Below, one piece after another: positions 1 to 11,265 of a stretch of 51,545 nucleotides of DNA (the first letter of the stretch is position 1; each line of letters starts with the position of its first letter). The position numbers and the translations under genes are program-made. This DNA comes from Nemertoderma westbladi (Eukaryota; Animalia; Xenacoelomorpha): assembly GCA_032718475.1 (NCBI GenBank), contig JAUCBJ010004146.1, positions 1-51,545 on the forward strand, read 5' to 3'. The notes under the pieces were generated by a model that was given only the letters and a program-made list of their open reading frames with translations, ran no database searches and was not told the origin of the DNA.

Positions 1-239
1 ATTACATAATATAACATTACAAGAAGGTATTACAATTATTATTGGTAAAGTAGGGACAAGTCATTCATGGCCCTAATTCTCGAATCAGTGCAACTAATGT
101 GCGTATTGCATAAATAATGCTACTGCCACTGGTGTCTATGCGCCGTGGAAGGCTCTCAATGACATTTGCTCTAATGTGTATGAATGAAGGTAGAACAAGT
201 AAGCTGGAGGTGAGTGACATACAGTACTAACTTGTGGGA

Positions 240-371
240 TTCGTCTCGCTAGCCATTCGCGGTATTTTGAAAAGCATACGAATGCTATTCTTATAAGCAG
301 TGAGCAATTTATTATGAATAGATTGTGAATAGTTTGTACTAGCCCATAGCGAGTTGCCATAAACATTAGTA
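240..371 (-). pseudogene. LINE ORF2 C-terminal remnant (post-RT region), continuing out of the 42-bp satellite
   Basis: Minus strand reads FRSYCTNVYGNSLWAS and NKLLTAYKNSIRMLFKIPR, matching the non-LTR post-RT pattern LFxxYCxxxYGxxLW...KLxVAYNNxxRxLF. Confidence 0.7.
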
Positions 372-2750
372 CAATAAGAACGAAAAATCGCACCTTTACA
401 TTCCTAGCACAACTATAAGAACGAAAAAGACGCACCTTTACATTCCTAGCACAACTATAAGAACGAAAAAGACGCACCTTTACATTCCTAGCACAACAAT
501 AAGAACGAAAAATCGTACCTTTACATTCCTAGCACAACTATAAGAACGAAAAAGACGCACCTTTACATTCCTAGCACAACTATAAGAACGAAAAAGACGC
601 ACCTTTACATTCCTAGCACAAATATAAGAACGAAAAAGACGCACCTTTACATTCCTAGCACAAATATAAGAACGAAAAAGACGCACCTTTACATTTCTAG
701 CACAACTATAAGAACGAAAAAGACGCACCTTTACATTCCTAGCACAACTATAAGAACGAAAAATCGCACCTTTACATTCCTAGCACAACTATAAGAACGA
801 AAAAGACGCACCTTTACATTCCTAGCACAACTATAAGAACGAAAAAGACGCACCTTTACATTCCTAGCACAACTATAAGAACGAAAAAGACCTTTACATT
901 CCTAGCACAACTATAAGAACGAAAAAGACGCACCTTTACATTCCTAGCACAAATATAAGAACGAAAAAGACGCACCTTTACATTTCTAGCACAACTATAA
1001 GAACGAAAAAGACGCACCTTTACATTCCTAGCACAACTATAAGAACGAAAAAGACCTTTACATTCCTAGCACAACTATAAGAACGAAAAAGACGCACCTT
1101 TACATTCCTAGCACAACTATAAGAACGAAAAAGACGCACCTTTACATTCCTAGCACAACTATAAGAACGAAAAAGACGCACCTTTACATTCCTAGCACAA
1201 CTATAAGAACGAAAAAGACGCACCTTTACATTCCTAGCACAACTATAAGAACGAAAAAGACGCACCTTTACATTCCTAGCACAACTATAATAACGAAAAA
1301 TACGCACCTTTACATTCCTAGCACAACTATAAGAACGAAAAAGACGAACCTTTACATTCCTAGCACAACTATAAGAACGAAAAAGACGCACCTTTACATT
1401 CCTAGCACAACTACAAGAACGAAAAAGACGCACCTTTACATTCCTAGCACAACTATAAAAACGAAAAAGACGCACCTTTACATTCCTAGCACAACTATAA
1501 AAACGAAAAAGACGCACCTTTACATTCCTAGCACAACTATAAAAACGAAAAAGACGCACCTTTACATTCCTAGCACATCTATACGAACAAAAAGGCGCAC
1601 CTTTACATTCCTAGCACAACTATAAGAACGAAAAATCGCACCTTTACATTCCTAGCACAACTATACGAACGTAAAAGACGCACCTTTACATTCCTAGTAC
1701 AACTATAAGAACGAAAAAGACGCACCTTTACATTCCTAGTACAACTATAAGAACGAAAAAGACGCACCTTTACATTCCTAGCACAACTATAAGAACGAAA
1801 AAGACGCACCTTTACATTCCTAGCACAACTATAAGAACGAAAAAGACGCACCTTTACATTCCTAGCACAACTATAAGAACGAAAAAGACGCACCTTTACA
1901 TTCCTAGCACAACTATAAGAACGAAAAATACGCACCTTTACATTCCTAGCACAACTATAAGAACGAAAAAGACGCACCTTTGCATTCCTAGCACAACTAT
2001 AAGAACGAAAAAGACGCACCTTTACATTCCTAGCACAACTATAAGAACGAAAAAGACGCACCTTTACATTCCTAGTACAACTATAAGAACGAAAAAGACG
2101 CACCTTTACATTCCTAGTACAACTATAAGAACGAAAAAGACGCACCTTTACATTCCTAGGACAACTATAAGAACGAAAAAGACGCACCTTTACATTCCTA
2201 GCACAACTATAAGAACGAAAAAGACGCACCTTTACATTCCTAGTACAACTATAAGAACGAAAAAGACGCACCTTTACATTCCTAGTACAACTATAAGAAC
2301 GAAAAAGACGCACCTTTACATTCCTAGTACAACTATAAGAACGAAAAAGACGCACCTTTACATTCCTAGCACAACTATAAGAACGAAAAAGACGCACCTT
2401 TACATTCCTAGCACAACTATAAGAACGAAAAAGACGCAACTTTACATTCCTAGCACAACTATAAGAACGAAAAAGACGCACCTTTACATTCCTAGCACAA
2501 CAATAAGAACGAAAAAGACGCACCTTTACATTCGTACAGTAGTACAACTATAAGAACGAAAAAGACGCACCTTTACATTCCTAGCACAACTATAAGAACG
2601 AAAAAGAGGCACCTTTACATTCCTAGCACAACTATAAGAACGAAAAAGACGCACCTTTACATTCCTAGCACAACTATAAGAACGAAAAAGACGAACCTTT
2701 ACATTCCTAGCACAACTATAAGAACGAAAAAGACGCACATTTACATTCCT
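372..2750. repeat. 42-bp tandem satellite, array 1 (~57 units; ataagaacgaaaaagacgcacctttacattcctagcacaact)
   Basis: Direct tandem repetition with point variants and 38-bp variants lacking gcac. Confidence 0.98.
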
Positions 2751-3671
2751 TTGGAATGAAGTATAAACATTTCGTCTTTTTTAAATTTAATTTAATTGAA
2801 TGGCATAATCCCTATAAATATTTAGAAGTTGCTGCAAACGAAACATTGTATTAGATAAATGTGATAAATCGTCCGCATAAAATAAATGAAACCTTTTAGG
2901 AATAAAACCTTTTACCGTTAATAGAACAACCAAATTTGCACCTGTTTAATGCAGTTACTTAGATCATCCATGTACACGTTAAATAAATATGGACTTAAAA
3001 TGCCCCCTTGTTTTGTACCATTCGTGACATTGAATTCATTTGAGTTATATTTACCCCACGAAACAAATAGTAATTGGTTACGATACCAAAAGCAAATTAT
3101 TCTTACAAAAATAACTGGTACTCCCCTAGTAATTAGTTTAGAGGATAATAGGTAATGATTACATCTGCCAAATGCCTTACTGGCATCCAACATATAAGTA
3201 AATACGTAAATACCGGGATATTATTTTCTAAATAAAATTTAACAGTCTCCTTAAAAGTGAGGACGCACAATTATGTGCCCGATTTTGATTTAAAACCAAA
3301 TTGGTTATCTGTGGTCTCTAGGTATTGTCTTATATTAGCCTCTCAAACAATTTGGAGAATGCAGTTGCAGAATGCAGAATGCATATTGCCCCCGTCTTGT
3401 CCTTAATTAAATTTAGTATCATAGACTCAATTAGTCCGGGTGGTATATAATCATGGCACAACATAGAACGCACCTTTAAAAAAATATTTTAGAAAAATAT
3501 TTTTATCAGGGAAACGTTTAATTATTTAATACTTTTTAGTTACTTTTACATGTACTTATAACGATTAGTATACAAATTAATTAACTTAAATAATGGAATG
3601 GCTAACCGTAAGTGCACGGGCCTGGTTAGTCTCCTCCCCCACTACTTACTGTATATATTTTTATCTAATGA
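498..3671 (+). repeat. Segmental direct repeat, copy 1 (satellite + LINE RT fragment + AT-rich tail)
   Basis: Near-identical to 13606-17129. Identity starts at aataagaacgaaaaatcgtacc and ends at ttatctaatga. The copies differ by a few SNPs, a 7-bp duplication near 3370 and satellite unit number. Confidence 0.93.
2751..3475 (-). pseudogene. Decayed non-LTR retrotransposon reverse transcriptase, copy 1
   Basis: LDASKAF, GTKQGGILSPYLFNVYMDDL, HLFYADDL (YADD at 2868-2879), KTKC; frameshifted. Confidence 0.9.
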
Positions 3672-3710
3672 CTAGAAAGCCTGTGGCCCTTCGGGCCACA
3701 GCTTTCTAGT
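3671..3710 (-). mobile_element. Helitron-type 3' terminus: hairpin ending in CTAG
   Basis: actagaaagcctgtggccc-ttc-gggccacagctttctagt is a near-perfect palindrome. It begins exactly where identity with the duplicate ends, and the duplicate shows an A|T site there (17129|17130). Confidence 0.6.
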
Positions 3711-3809
3711 GCACGTGCAGATGATATATGAATATGTGTGGGAGATTTGAGAACTGCATACGGAACAGACACCATCATTAAATAAAACACCACCCCCATA
3801 AGAGATAAC

Positions 3810-4935
3810 TGTCAAGTTTCAACTTTAGGCAGATTGTAAATAACAAAATTTCCAGAAAATGATCACTTTCAGATCCACCCTCTACCTGCGGACTGGTGAA
3901 ATGCAGACGGCGCTGCAGTTTGGTAAAGATGGGGTTTATGGTGAAGTAAAATGCCTGCCTTTCAAGTTTCAGCTTAAACAGATTGTAAATAACAAAATTG
4001 ATGTAGATGTTCACATTCAGACATTTCACCCTCTAGCGGTAGACTGAAGAACTGTGGACGACTCTGGGACTCCGTAAAGATACAGAATATGCTGTAGTAG
4101 ATTCCTGCCAAGTTCCAGCTCAATAGGATTAAAAAGAACCAAATGGGATGAGGTGTTCACTATCAGATATGTCGCCCTCTAGCGGCAGATGGGGGGACTG
4201 TATACAACTCTGTGACTCCGTAAAGGTACAGCCTATGCTGTAGTAGATGCCTACCAAGTTTCAGTCTAAACCGTTAGTAAATAACAAAGTTGGAGAAGAT
4301 GTTAACTTTCAGACATTTCACCCTCTAGCGGTAGACTGGGGAAGTGAATAGGATTCTGCAACCCCGTAAAGATACAGCCTATGATGTAGTAGATACCAAC
4401 CAAGTTTCAGCTCAAAATGATTAAAAAGAACCAAATGGGATGAGGTGTTCACTATCAGATATGTCGCCCTCTAGCGGCAGATGGGGGGACTGTATACAAC
4501 TCTGTAACTCCGTAAAGGTACAGCCTATGCTGTAGTAGATGCCTACCAAGTTTCAGTCTAAACCGTTAGTAAATAACAAAGTTGGAGAAGATGTTAACTT
4601 TCAGACAATTCGCCCTCTAGCGGCTGACTGTGGAACTGTAGACGACTCTACTACTCCGCAAAGATATAGCCTATGCTATAGTAGATGCCAACCAAGTTTC
4701 AGTCTAAAAGGATTGTAAATAACAAAGTTGGAGGAGATGTTAACTTTCATACATTTCGCCCTCTAGCGGCAGACGCGGGTAATGTAGACAACTCTGCGCG
4801 ACTCAGTAAAGATATAGCCTATGCTGTAGTAGATGCCTACCAAGTTCAGTCTAAATGGATTATAAATAACAAAGTTTGAGAAGATGTTAACTCTCAGACA
4901 TTTAGCCCTCTAACGGTAGACTGGGGAACTGTACG
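3810..4935. repeat. ~146-bp tandem array (8 units, partial 292-bp dimer), probably internal repeats of a non-autonomous Helitron/Helentron
   Basis: caagtt(t/c)cag-like anchor recurs near 3814, 3963, 4109, 4256, 4401, 4547, 4693 and 4841; each unit carries a ccctctagcgg-like motif. Confidence 0.85.
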
Positions 4936-4978
4936 CGCTTTTGAAGACCTTTAGCAGTTTAACCTGCCAAAATTTATA

Positions 4979-6131
4979 TGTCTTTTGGTTTATAAATAGA
5001 CTTTAACATATGACAAGTATTTAATACCAATAAACACAACATTAGCCGAAGCCAGCCTAGTGCGCGTCCATTCACCCGCTGGATATACCCGGGAGACTGG
5101 ATTTGGAGGGCTTAGATTTTTATTGCAGTGTAAGCTTACTGTATTATTCGATTGATCGTTAATAAATAATTTCTGACCAATATTATTCACTTTCGGGAAA
5201 TATTAACAGTTCCTTTAGGACGTGGCGCTCTATCTAGGTAAACAGAACTATGACTTATACTAAACACAACGGTAAGACGGTAAGGCTTATGATTCACGTA
5301 TGAGGCGCATTCTTTAGGAAATGCTTAGTTATCAGCCACAATCATGCACACTACCGGTACCGCACAATACTGCACACTAATCTGCCGACCGTCAATGAAT
5401 TTTATCATACATAAAGAGAACAGCAATTGACTCATGTAGTGCCTATCAAATAGCATTAAATTCACTACAAACCACGATAATATAAGTCGCAATCGCTATA
5501 TGTAACCTGTCTCTCTAACCTGTAGTGTATCAAGAAAATTGGGAAATTTGGGTTATTTATCGATGTTCTCCAAGTAATAATATTCAACCAACTGATACAA
5601 ATAATGACAACAGTAAATAGCATTAAGACGGTAGGTTAAGATATGATATGTGTAACACTGATAATGCAGCACTGATACGCTGATTGAACTGGACTGGTAA
5701 CAGTTATACGTTCTATAATCTAAGCCTACTAATGTTTCTTCTAAAGTCTGAAAACAATTGACTCCAGAGCCGGTGTTCTTGGCCTAGAAGCAACAACACA
5801 ACAGTAACACAGAAAACTATAAGACTGAACACGCCTAGTACGATCTGTAGAATATCTCCACGTCTAAGGCAAAAATCGCCCTGATTGGCTGTTAAGCTGA
5901 ACAAAGAACCATGTGTCCAACGGCCGTTTCCATGCCAGCAACCAGCTGTTAGATGTCGTAATCTGAATCATCAAGGCTACACTGTGCTAGAGGATTTGAC
6001 GCATTGCGGGTTTTGTGTCTTGCCATGTCCGCCAAAGCACACATATAGAAAAACAACTTTTATGTCCGTTAAAACACCCACACGGTACTTTGCGGGCAAG
6101 GGGACTGATTATATCCGCAAAAGCTTTTACA
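4979..6131 (-). repeat. Putative 3' LTR of the BEL/Pao element
   Basis: Minus strand purine-rich tgggagcgg (6140-6132) directly followed by TGTAAAA; AATAAA near 5120; possible ACA end at 4979. No second LTR in the window to confirm. Confidence 0.35.
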
Positions 6132-6208
6132 CCGCTCCCAGAAAATGGGATTCAAGTCTATAAATATACAAAATCACAGTTTCTAATATACGTAAATACT
6201 CTAAACAG

Positions 6209-6930
6209 TTAGTCTTTCTTGCGCGGACGGCGTTTACGCAGTTTTTTAAAGCTGGCCAGAGTCTTTTTCTCTTTGGGGCGAGCCACTTTACAAGGAGGGC
6301 TATAACTCCTGGGTGAAGGGTGCAATATGATTGCATCAGAGGGTGTAGGATTATGGTCGGTGTATCCGCCAGTCGAAGTGCCGGGAACGTCGGGGGAGAG
6401 GGGTCTAACGGCCTTGAGAGCGCGTTTTAGGACGGCCGCTCTTACGGGTCCTTTACGAGTGGTCTGAACGAGAGCCGTGGGTGGACCATAGGCAGTCAGA
6501 AACTTCCTGGGTTTAATGGTTCTTTCCAACTCGCGTTCGCGGGCTCGGTATTCGTAAGGCCGTCGATATACTTCCTGTAACTCGGGGTGAGCGTTAACAA
6601 ATAAGTCTCCATAGTCCGGATCCTGACGGATAAAATTGATTAGGTTATATGAATGAAGGTCGCTAGGATTAACACTCCTGAGAAATTTGCGTACGAACTT
6701 GGTTGAAATACATTCTCCGACGCGCTTCAGTAGTTCGTAACTCGATATGCGTGATTTCTGTTCGACAGAAGCGAATAGATAAGGATGGAACGCATAAACT
6801 CCTTCGTAAGCGCGTCCAGGATAATAACGATGGCGCATCACAATGTAAATCAGCGTTCGCTTCCCAAGCTCTGATGTAACGTAGTGTGATCATTTCATCT
6901 ACACTTTCCAAATCGTGATTAAAAGGGCAA
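6209..6930 (-). pseudogene. Frameshifted C-terminal continuation of the extra ORF, ending in a basic Arg/Lys-rich tail
   Basis: The +1 frame gives DCPFNHDLESVDEM..., which supplies the missing last Cys of CHHCQLKGH. A second shift near 6841 leads into the 210-aa ORF ending SFKKLRKRRPRKKD. Confidence 0.55.
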
Positions 6931-9900
6931 TCGAAACTGGTGTCCCTTTAGTTGACAATGGTGACATTGAGTCATAAATTGAGGGCAAACCGCAAAAATG
7001 TGCAAGTTATTGAGTCTGCAATACGCGCAATAAATTTCCATCGCCGGTTGTTCGTGGAAATAGGAACAGCGGACGTTTGTGTCCATGGGCGTAACATGGT
7101 CTCTCGATGTGCATAACCGACAACGTTGACGAGAAACATAGTTGGCATGGCGATAATCGTACGCAGTGAGACACTGTGGACCTTGATACCATTCTAGGAT
7201 GTAATCATTGTCGCTGTTCCGGGGCGCGATAGGCTGAATCTCCTCAGATTCTAGGCATATTGGTTCGTCTTCCCAGTGCATAGCTGAGGTGGGCGTGTCT
7301 GTCTCTTCAAGTGGACCTATTGTCTGAATTTCCACGACAGAATAACCTGTGGGGATTCGAGGTCTTTGTATAACAGAGGAGTGCAAGTTCGATATACAAA
7401 TCTCTTTGAAAATGGCAAATCCAGCGCTATCTAACTTCTCTGCAGCTGAGTTTCTTAGGCTGAGCTTGGTCAAAGCGCGGTCTTTAAATTGGCTATCCAC
7501 GTTGCGGAACGGGGTTAAAAATCGCCGGAAACATTCGAAGCGGAGGAATTTATTATGTTCATCTAGCTTAGCGAGTTTGGTCCCAAGTATTAATGGATGG
7601 GCGCGTATAGTACGACTGCACACATCGGCTAGCCAACCGGAAAGTGCGGTGTTTTCAAAGATCGTGTAGATAGCTAAGGAGGGACGGAGTGGAACACTCA
7701 TGAAGCTATACACGGCGCCAGGTGCGGTCAATGGTCCATCAAAGTATAATCGAGAATAATGGTCTCCGTATACTTGTTGATAGTTGATGGGATTTCCGAC
7801 TTTGAAATTCCATCCGTATTCCTGAAAGGCAAGATGTCCGATGGAAGTTCGTTGCACCTTTGTAATGTTGCTGGACGTATTAGCATACATGGTGCGGAAG
7901 AAACCTCGACCTTCTGCCCAGGGAGCAATCAGCTGCGTATCCACGAAAGGATATGGGATATTTTCCATATTCCGAAAGTCGTTTTGGAGATCTCCATAAA
8001 CAGCTGAGCCGATTTTAAGGATTCTTTCGTTGAACAACATCTCGAGTACGGGCTGGGGTAACATCGATCCATCGATACCCATGGCCGGTTTGCATTCGGT
8101 GTCAATGACGTAACGCTGCGCGAGTTCGAATTGTCCATGTTGGAGATTCTTTTGCGTTTCGGTGAGAGTTTCAAAGGAATAATCAATCACGTCGGAACAC
8201 GCTCGAGTAAACACGTGGGTAGAACCAGCTAATCCGCGTATGTGGATCATGCGCGTAGTTCCTAGTTCTCCGACCGGAACGCTACCTTCATTATCGTAGG
8301 TGACAACTCCATACATCTCAATGACATTAAGAGTTTCATTCCACTCTTTGGTGGCGTTCTCTAGGGTCATCCCTACTGGATGCCACAAGGTGGCGCATTG
8401 GTTAGCGTCAGGGAGATCACTATACTTCATGTGCCAAGTGGTATACGTCTCCACATTTCCATATCTTTGTATTTTCTCTTCTTCAAATAATACATCTAGA
8501 TTCCAATGGACTAATCGAGTTTTAATAAATCCATCGAGATTATAAGGAGGTTCTATATCCTTCTCGATTCGAGAAATGTTATATGGTTTTCTGAATGAGT
8601 TTACCTTTACTAACTGATCCAGATGTTTCTGCAATTGTTCGAGTTCGACAACGTCTAGAGGATTTATTAGTGGTAGAAACTTTAAATTATGCGTCGGGTC
8701 TTCTGGTTTTACCATATAATACTGAGTCAGATTAACGTAATAAGGGTGGTCTTTAATCCCATAAAACGAGTTCTGTAAAGGTCTAGCGCGTATGTTGACA
8801 TCGTGTACCATACGACGGACAAGATCCGCTCGATTGTCCGGAGGTTCAACGAGTATACCGTCAACACAAGCGGCCTCGATCGGCGGACGCTGTAACATAG
8901 GGGCGTCAGCGATAAGATTTTGCGATCCTGTACTGATATCAACCGGTTGGGGTTGTATCGTCGCGAAGAGTTTGTCTCCGAAATGTGGAACCATCGAGGG
9001 ATGACGGACGGTTTTAGAGTAGAGATCTGTCATAAGGATTTGAGCTTCGGGTTGGGCTAAAGCGGCTTCTTCTCTCTCGTCCATTTTCGTGTGTTTCTCC
9101 TCGAGTAGATTTTCTTCCGCTTGTCTCTGTAAGCGTTCATCTAGAAACTCTTGTAGAGAATACGTGCGTCCAAGCTCGATGTCCTCCTCGAGGTTTTGGA
9201 TTTCTCTATCGAACTGTGGCAAGGCTAACTCCTTCACCGATTGGACTTGTTGTTGTAATTTATGTTTCTCTAAACAATCTTGTGTTCCCTTTCCGATCTT
9301 CTGTCGAATAGCGTCTAAAGCGTTTCTTATAACGCTCTCCTCGACTTCCGTGGCGGGTTGCATCGGGTTTAATTCTGGACGATTGTAAGGATCAAATGGC
9401 GATATTAGATGCCCGCGTCCCAATCCGGCTAAGTAGGATGGGCGAATGTCTAACGAACCCACTACCGGAGCACCACCGATTAATTGTTCGGGTAGCACTA
9501 AATCTTTGAACAGTGAATATAGTTCGGGAGGATCAGTGATACTGTTAGGATCAAGAGTTTGAGGTCTCACTAAGGAATGAGGAGGCCTGACTGAGTATTC
9601 CGGAACTCTGATCATGGGTTTATTCAGTGATCGTTTAAGACGAGCGATCGTAGGTGATACGTCGAACAGGTTTCGCTCGAAACTCCCGTAAGTATAACGT
9701 GTAAAACTGTGTTTAGCGCAACGTCTCCGCGGATGTTTATGTCTTTCAGTTTGTTGGTTGGGTCTAGGGCATTCGTCACAATAATACCAAAGACGTACGT
9801 CCTGTAGAGGAAACGCGGGTGATCGTTCTCCAGTTTTGCAATATTCTTCCATTTGTTCAAAACTATCCGGGATAACAGGTAGTGGACGATCGGTGGTAAG

Positions 9901-10446
9901 ATACATCATAGTGAAATAGAGCCGTTTGAGTTCTACAATAGGGTCATGATGTATACCTTGAGGATATCGAGTCTCTAGGTTCTGCTGACTGGCGATGTTG
10001 AGATAGGTTTCTCTCAAAAATTCTAGGTAGTCGTTGAAGTCGATGCGTTTATCCGGTTCTTCAACGTTTTCTCTTTCCAGTCTGTTACGAATAGAATTTT
10101 CGTGATCTATTCTCGGTTTATCGTTACGACTCCGCTGGGTATGATATTTAAATAGAACCATTTCCCTTTCGGTGTCTACATCGTCCGTATCATGTAAATC
10201 GATAGGATGGCCGGTAGTTAGGAAGTCCATATACGTACCATTACGATGCGTATAGCGAGCGGTGAATTTTCGATAGTCCAATTCACGCGTAAGTTGCTCT
10301 TGGGACATCGGCGGTTCGATATAACGACCATCGTCCTCCGTAATGGTTGGATCGGCTTCACCGCGTATCAAGCTATCTACAAATGCTTGTAAAGGTAGAG
10401 TATATCGCTCCCTGATACCAAGATCATCTTCTATCAACTCCGTCAT
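6919..10446 (-). CDS. Retrotransposon extra ORF: 1175-aa protein with DEDDy-type 3'-5' exonuclease domain and C-terminal zinc knuckles
   Basis: Intronless ORF. ExoI GVVTYDNEG (D718/E720), ExoII LPQPVLEMLFNERILKIGSAVYGDL (D819), FVDTQ, ExoIII PLRPSLAIYTIFE (Y927/E931). Cys/His motifs CRLC..H..C, CAYC..H..C, CHHC....H; central coiled-coil-like region. Confidence 0.75.
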   Translation of the reverse strand: MTELIEDDLGIRERYTLPLQAFVDSLIRGEADPTITEDDGRYIEPPMSQEQLTRELDYRKFTARYTHRNGTYMDFLTTGHPIDLHDTDDVDTEREMVLFKYHTQRSRNDKPRIDHENSIRNRLERENVEEPDKRIDFNDYLEFLRETYLNIASQQNLETRYPQGIHHDPIVELKRLYFTMMYLTTDRPLPVIPDSFEQMEEYCKTGERSPAFPLQDVRLWYYCDECPRPNQQTERHKHPRRRCAKHSFTRYTYGSFERNLFDVSPTIARLKRSLNKPMIRVPEYSVRPPHSLVRPQTLDPNSITDPPELYSLFKDLVLPEQLIGGAPVVGSLDIRPSYLAGLGRGHLISPFDPYNRPELNPMQPATEVEESVIRNALDAIRQKIGKGTQDCLEKHKLQQQVQSVKELALPQFDREIQNLEEDIELGRTYSLQEFLDERLQRQAEENLLEEKHTKMDEREEAALAQPEAQILMTDLYSKTVRHPSMVPHFGDKLFATIQPQPVDISTGSQNLIADAPMLQRPPIEAACVDGILVEPPDNRADLVRRMVHDVNIRARPLQNSFYGIKDHPYYVNLTQYYMVKPEDPTHNLKFLPLINPLDVVELEQLQKHLDQLVKVNSFRKPYNISRIEKDIEPPYNLDGFIKTRLVHWNLDVLFEEEKIQRYGNVETYTTWHMKYSDLPDANQCATLWHPVGMTLENATKEWNETLNVIEMYGVVTYDNEGSVPVGELGTTRMIHIRGLAGSTHVFTRACSDVIDYSFETLTETQKNLQHGQFELAQRYVIDTECKPAMGIDGSMLPQPVLEMLFNERILKIGSAVYGDLQNDFRNMENIPYPFVDTQLIAPWAEGRGFFRTMYANTSSNITKVQRTSIGHLAFQEYGWNFKVGNPINYQQVYGDHYSRLYFDGPLTAPGAVYSFMSVPLRPSLAIYTIFENTALSGWLADVCSRTIRAHPLILGTKLAKLDEHNKFLRFECFRRFLTPFRNVDSQFKDRALTKLSLRNSAAEKLDSAGFAIFKEICISNLHSSVIQRPRIPTGYSVVEIQTIGPLEETDTPTSAMHWEDEPICLESEEIQPIAPRNSDNDYILEWYQGPQCLTAYDYRHANYVSRQRCRLCTSRDHVTPMDTNVRCSYFHEQPAMEIYCAYCRLNNLHIFAVCPQFMTQCHHCQLKGHQFRLPF

Positions 10447-11265
10447 ATCTGCTATCTGAGTTTATTAATATTGTAATGAGTTTATGTTTAGGCGAGCGGA
10501 CGTCGCTGCCTACCTCTCTTTGCCCCCGGACAGTGGGATTCTCAGCGCCGATGTACCGTCGTCGCGGTGTTTACGCCAACATGTAGCAACAGCACGACAA
10601 CGATAACCGGCACAAGTCACTCCACTGTCCGTCCCAAAGGCTTGGATCCACTTTAGGTTCTTTCTATAGGAGAGTTGGGCTACTTTCACAATTGCGACTA
10701 GCTACTGTAAACATACTTTAGCAGTAACATTCACCTATAAACGCACAAATTCCACACAACTGTCACCAATTGTACACATACAGGCCATTTGTCCGTTAGT
10801 CAGTGCCTTCCAGAATGTCACGTTATTACTGTGTATCCTTGGATACTAACAGTGTGCTATGTATTCTCTATGCTATGCAATGGGACAAGCTTTCTATTGT
10901 TCTTTTAACTTGCTTCTAATTCTAGCGTGGGTGTTGCTATGGTGACATTATGGAAAGCTAGCGGTAGAATTAGGGTAATTCTCATGCATACAGATCTGGA
11001 ATGCTATTTAATAGTAATTCTTTAATTGTCAATATCCTCCTTATACATGATTTTATTAATTTTATCGGCTATTGACTATATGTCGGAGATTCTCGCACTC
11101 TAATACACTCAATAGGATGAATCTCCGTTCCCATGATCTATTAATTAATGGAATTTTGGGAATGTTATAAATTGCACAAAATGACAATTTATGAAATTCA
11201 TTTAAGATATGAATTTAAATTTATTCCCGTGAATTTTATTATTTGATGGTAAAATTGACACAATT

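Noticed and set aside
480-2738. RLFRSYSCARNVKV repeat ORFs as genes (also 13582-16013)
   Set aside because: They are translations of the satellite, broken by 38-bp units; they show LINE origin, not a functional protein
4040-4060. Other CTGAnGA matches as hammerheads (also ~21910, 27585, 29213, 29482, 50347)
   Set aside because: No stem II followed by GAAA; most lie in coding or repeat sequence
6919-10446. Extra ORF as Env or Gag
   Set aside because: No signal peptide or TM segment; it lies downstream of integrase and has exonuclease motifs rather than a recognisable capsid region
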